A DNA stretch of 64,000 nt from Azolla caroliniana (lineage: Eukaryota; Plantae; Polypodiophyta). This document shows, piece by piece, positions 61,178-64,000 of this stretch (positions within the stretch are counted from its first letter, which is position 1; each line of letters starts with the position of its first letter). Below the pieces are notes generated by a model that did no database searches, was not told where the DNA came from, and saw only the letters and a list, made by a program, of their open reading frames with translations. The position numbers and the translations under genes are program-made. The stretch lies in assembly GCA_043228905.1 (NCBI GenBank), contig JBHGNT010000003.1:13764001-13828000 (forward strand), in the 5' to 3' direction.

Positions 61178-61940
61178 CCACTCTACACTGAGGGGCCGCT
61201 ACTATGCGTTCCAAGCATCATCAAAGAGCTGCTCAATATGACGGGGTTCTCTTCTCTGTGACACTCTACACTCAGGGGCCACTACTGTGCATTCCAAGCA
61301 TCATCAAAGAGCTGTTCAATCTGACGGGGTTCTCTTCTTTGTGCCACTCTACACTTAGGGGCCATTACTGTGCGTTCCAAGCATCATCAAAGAGCTGTTC
61401 AATCTGAGGGGGTTCTCTTCTCTGTGCCACTCTACACTCAGGGGCCATTACTGTGCGTTCCAAGCATCATCAAAGAGCTGTTCAATCTGAGGGGGTTCTC
61501 TTCTCTGTGCCACTCTACACTCAGGGGCCGCTGCTGTGCGTTCCAAGCATCATCAAAGAGCTGTTCAATCTGACGGGGTTCTCTTCTCTTTGCCACTCTA
61601 CACTCAGGGGTTGCTACTGTGCGTTCCAAGCATAATCAAAGAGCTATTCAATCTGACGGGGTTCTCTTCTCTTTTCCACTCTCACTCAGGGGCCGCTACT
61701 GTGCGTTTCAAGCATCATTGGTAACTGTTCAATCTGACGGGGTTCTCTTCTCTATGCCACTCTATTCTCAAGTGCCTTCTATGTGCGTTTCAAGCATCAT
61801 CGGTAATTGTTCAATCTGACGGGGTTCTCTCCTCCATTGCCATCATTCTATACTCAGTTGCCACTACTGTCCAGTCCCGGATTGCTTCCACATTTCGATT
61901 TGACGGAGTTCACTCATCCAACGGCAACATTCTACACTCA
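61178..61940 (+). repeat. 83-bp tandem array (about 7 good and 2-3 degenerate copies)
   Basis: Unit CCACTCTACACTCAGGGGCCATTACTGTGCGTTCCAAGCATCATCAAAGAGCTGTTCAATCTGACGGGGTTCTCTTCTCTGTG starts at about 61178, 61261, 61344, 61427, 61510, 61593 and 61676. Confidence 0.95.
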
Positions 61941-62164
61941 GTTGTTGCCATTGGTCGGTCTTGGATCGCCTCCTCAACTGTTGGATCCAACGGAGTGAAA
62001 TCCTCTACTGTTCGGTCTTGGATTGCAATAACTTTTCTGTCTATTGATTATCTTGTGTATTGTTGTGTCTAATCTTGTGTATTGTGTGGAATATTTTTGT
62101 GTATTGTTGTTGCCCATAGCCATCTTTAATACTTTTTTTTTTTCTGGAAATTTAGGGTTTTAAC

Positions 62165-62913
62165 ATGTCTAGCCAAATGGAAGGGGAAGAAGGGTGTTTA
62201 GAATTACCCCTCAATGATCATAAGGATAGGGATGATGTTATCAGGACACAACAAGCCATACGAAACTATTGGGCAGAAAAAAAAAGGAAACATCGTCAAT
62301 TGTGAAGGATACGAAAGCCACACTCAGTAAAGGTAAGGATAGTTTAGCTGAGAATGTAAGTAATGCGACTACCATCATAGAGAGAAAGGTTGTAGACTAT
62401 TTCAATGTTCAAACCAAGCACATCAGCAATGAAGAAAAGAAGGTAGTACTTTATGGAATATGTAATGATCCATCGATAAAGGACTTAGTTGATTGTGATG
62501 GTCTTAATGCAAACATATCATCTATTTTAGTAAATAATCTTCGTAATAGTTTCGTATCCATGAGCAGGTCAGAAGATGATCTTGTCTTAAAAAGGTCTAG
62601 TCTAATGATGTTACTTAATAGTGATGTTGACGATATAAACATCAGTGAGCTATCTAAGGTAATTGGTGTTAGTAGAAAAACAGTGTACAATACAATGAAC
62701 CGTATAATTTCCTCAGGTGAAGGAACTAGTCTACTAAAGCTAACTACAAGATGTAAGCCAATGACACCCATAACATTTGAAATCAAGGATGTAATCACAA
62801 TGTTTTGGACTAATGAGAGTAGGGTTTCACCCAATAAAAAGGATTTATGCAGGAAACGTGTTGGAAGAAATCAATACGAGGAGCATCCCATTCATCTTCT
62901 TGATGTACCTCAG
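62165..62913 (+). pseudogene. Putative first coding exon of a transposase (apparent frameshift near the A-run at about 62277-62285)
   Basis: ATG at 62165 after a TTTAG acceptor; open frame 62269-62913 ending CAG|GTATTT. No catalytic domain is visible in the window. Confidence 0.45.
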
Positions 62914-62959
62914 GTATTTACATTTATCTCAACATTTGTTTTGACTCTACTCGGAAAGT

Positions 62960-64000
62960 TAATTAGCTCAGTTAGCAGAAAAGCTAATTAGCTTATCAGT
63001 TACATTTACCTCAGTTAGCTACTAGGATCGCTACTACATAGGTAACTAGCTACTCTCAATAGTTACTACCATGATAGCTAATTAGCTATTCTCAATAGCT
63101 AATTTAGGTACTACCAGATAATTAGCTGTACTGCTAGCTAGTTAGCTATCATGGTAGCTAGTTAGCTATTTCGTTATTACCAGCTAATTAGCTACTAGGA
63201 AAGCTAATTAGCTACCATGATAGCTAATTAGCTACTATGATAGCTACTACATAGGTAACTGGCTACTCTCAATAGCTACTACCATGATAGCTAATTAGCT
63301 ATTCTCAATAGCTAATTTAGGTACTACCAGATAATTAGTTGTACTGGAAGCTAGTTAGCTATCATGGTAGCTAGTTTGTTATTTCGTTATTACCAGCTAA
63401 TTAGCTACTAGGAAAGCTAATTTCTACCATGATAGCTAATTAGCTTACTAGGATAGCTAATTAGCCACCGTGATAGCTAATTAGCTACTAGACCAGCTAA
63501 TTTGCTACCATGATAGCTAATTAGTTAGGATAGCTAATTAGCCACCATTATAGCTAATTAGCTACTAGACCAGCTAATTAGCTACCATGATAGCTAATTA
63601 GTTACTAGGACAGCTAATTAGCCACCATGATAGCTAATTAGTTAGGATAGCTAATTAGCCACCATTATAGCTAATTAGCTACTAGACCAGCTAATTAGCT
63701 ACCATGATAGCTAATTAGTTACTAGGACAGCTAATTAGCCACCATGATAACTAATTAGCTACCATGATAGCTAATTAGCTACTAGACCAGCTAATTAGCT
63801 ACCATGATAGCTAATTAGTTACTAGAAAAGCTAATTAGCCACCATTATAGCTAATTAGCTACTAGACCAGCTAATTAGCTACCATGATAGCTAATTAGTT
63901 ACTAGGAAAGCTAATTAGCCACCATGATAGCTAATTAGCTACTAGACAAGCTAATTAGCTACCATGATAGCTAATTAGTTACTAGGAAAGCTAATTAGCC
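62960..64000. repeat. About 20-bp minisatellite built on the 14-bp palindrome TAGCTAATTAGCTA
   Basis: Repeats of TAGCTAATTAGCTACCATGA, CAGCTAATTAGCCACCATGA and variants, with higher-order periodicity. Confidence 0.95.

Larger units (their letters stand above)
60824..64000 (+). mobile_element. Left part of a probable Sola-type (Sola2-like) DNA transposon; runs off the window
   Basis: Sharp junction with Copia gag (..GTATCCTTAT|GGGTGGAAGC); GRG terminus shared with 43427; tandem arrays; ORF with HTH-like GVSRKTVY and FWTNESRVSPNKKD...EEHPIHLLD followed by a GT donor. Confidence 0.55.

Noticed and set aside
61178-61940. CRISPR-like or guide-RNA array next to an ORF
   Set aside because: Units are full-length tandem copies without unique spacers; no Cas, TnpB or Fanzor motifs are visible in the adjacent ORF; the context is eukaryotic.

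Overview
Plant nuclear DNA, most likely a non-seed land plant such as a fern (an impression from the repeat families, not provable here). It holds one intact host gene, an IQ67-domain (IQD) calmodulin-binding gene (CDS 27945-31428, 5 coding exons, probable GC-AG first intron), in an AT-rich island at about 23-34 kb. Two dense nests of transposons flank the island. They contain: five copies of one Tnt1/Tork-like Ty1/Copia family (called A here), several inserted into each other; a second Copia family (B, 3 copies); several decayed Ty3/Gypsy elements, including an Athila-like one with an extra ORF; two copies of a gag-only, tRNA-Trp-primed LTR element (E); a small LTR family ending in TA (H); two hAT non-autonomous elements; a near-intact two-ORF RTEX-like LINE plus a diverged relative; and two copies of a probable Sola-type DNA transposon carrying an 83-bp array and a palindromic minisatellite. 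The most interesting pattern is a possible hyperparasite system. Both LINE insertions sit in (GA)n tracts carried by other transposons and share a covarying 3' stem-loop followed by different microsatellite tails. There are no CRISPR arrays, rRNA genes or intact tRNA genes. Family letters are my own labels, and coordinates were read by eye.
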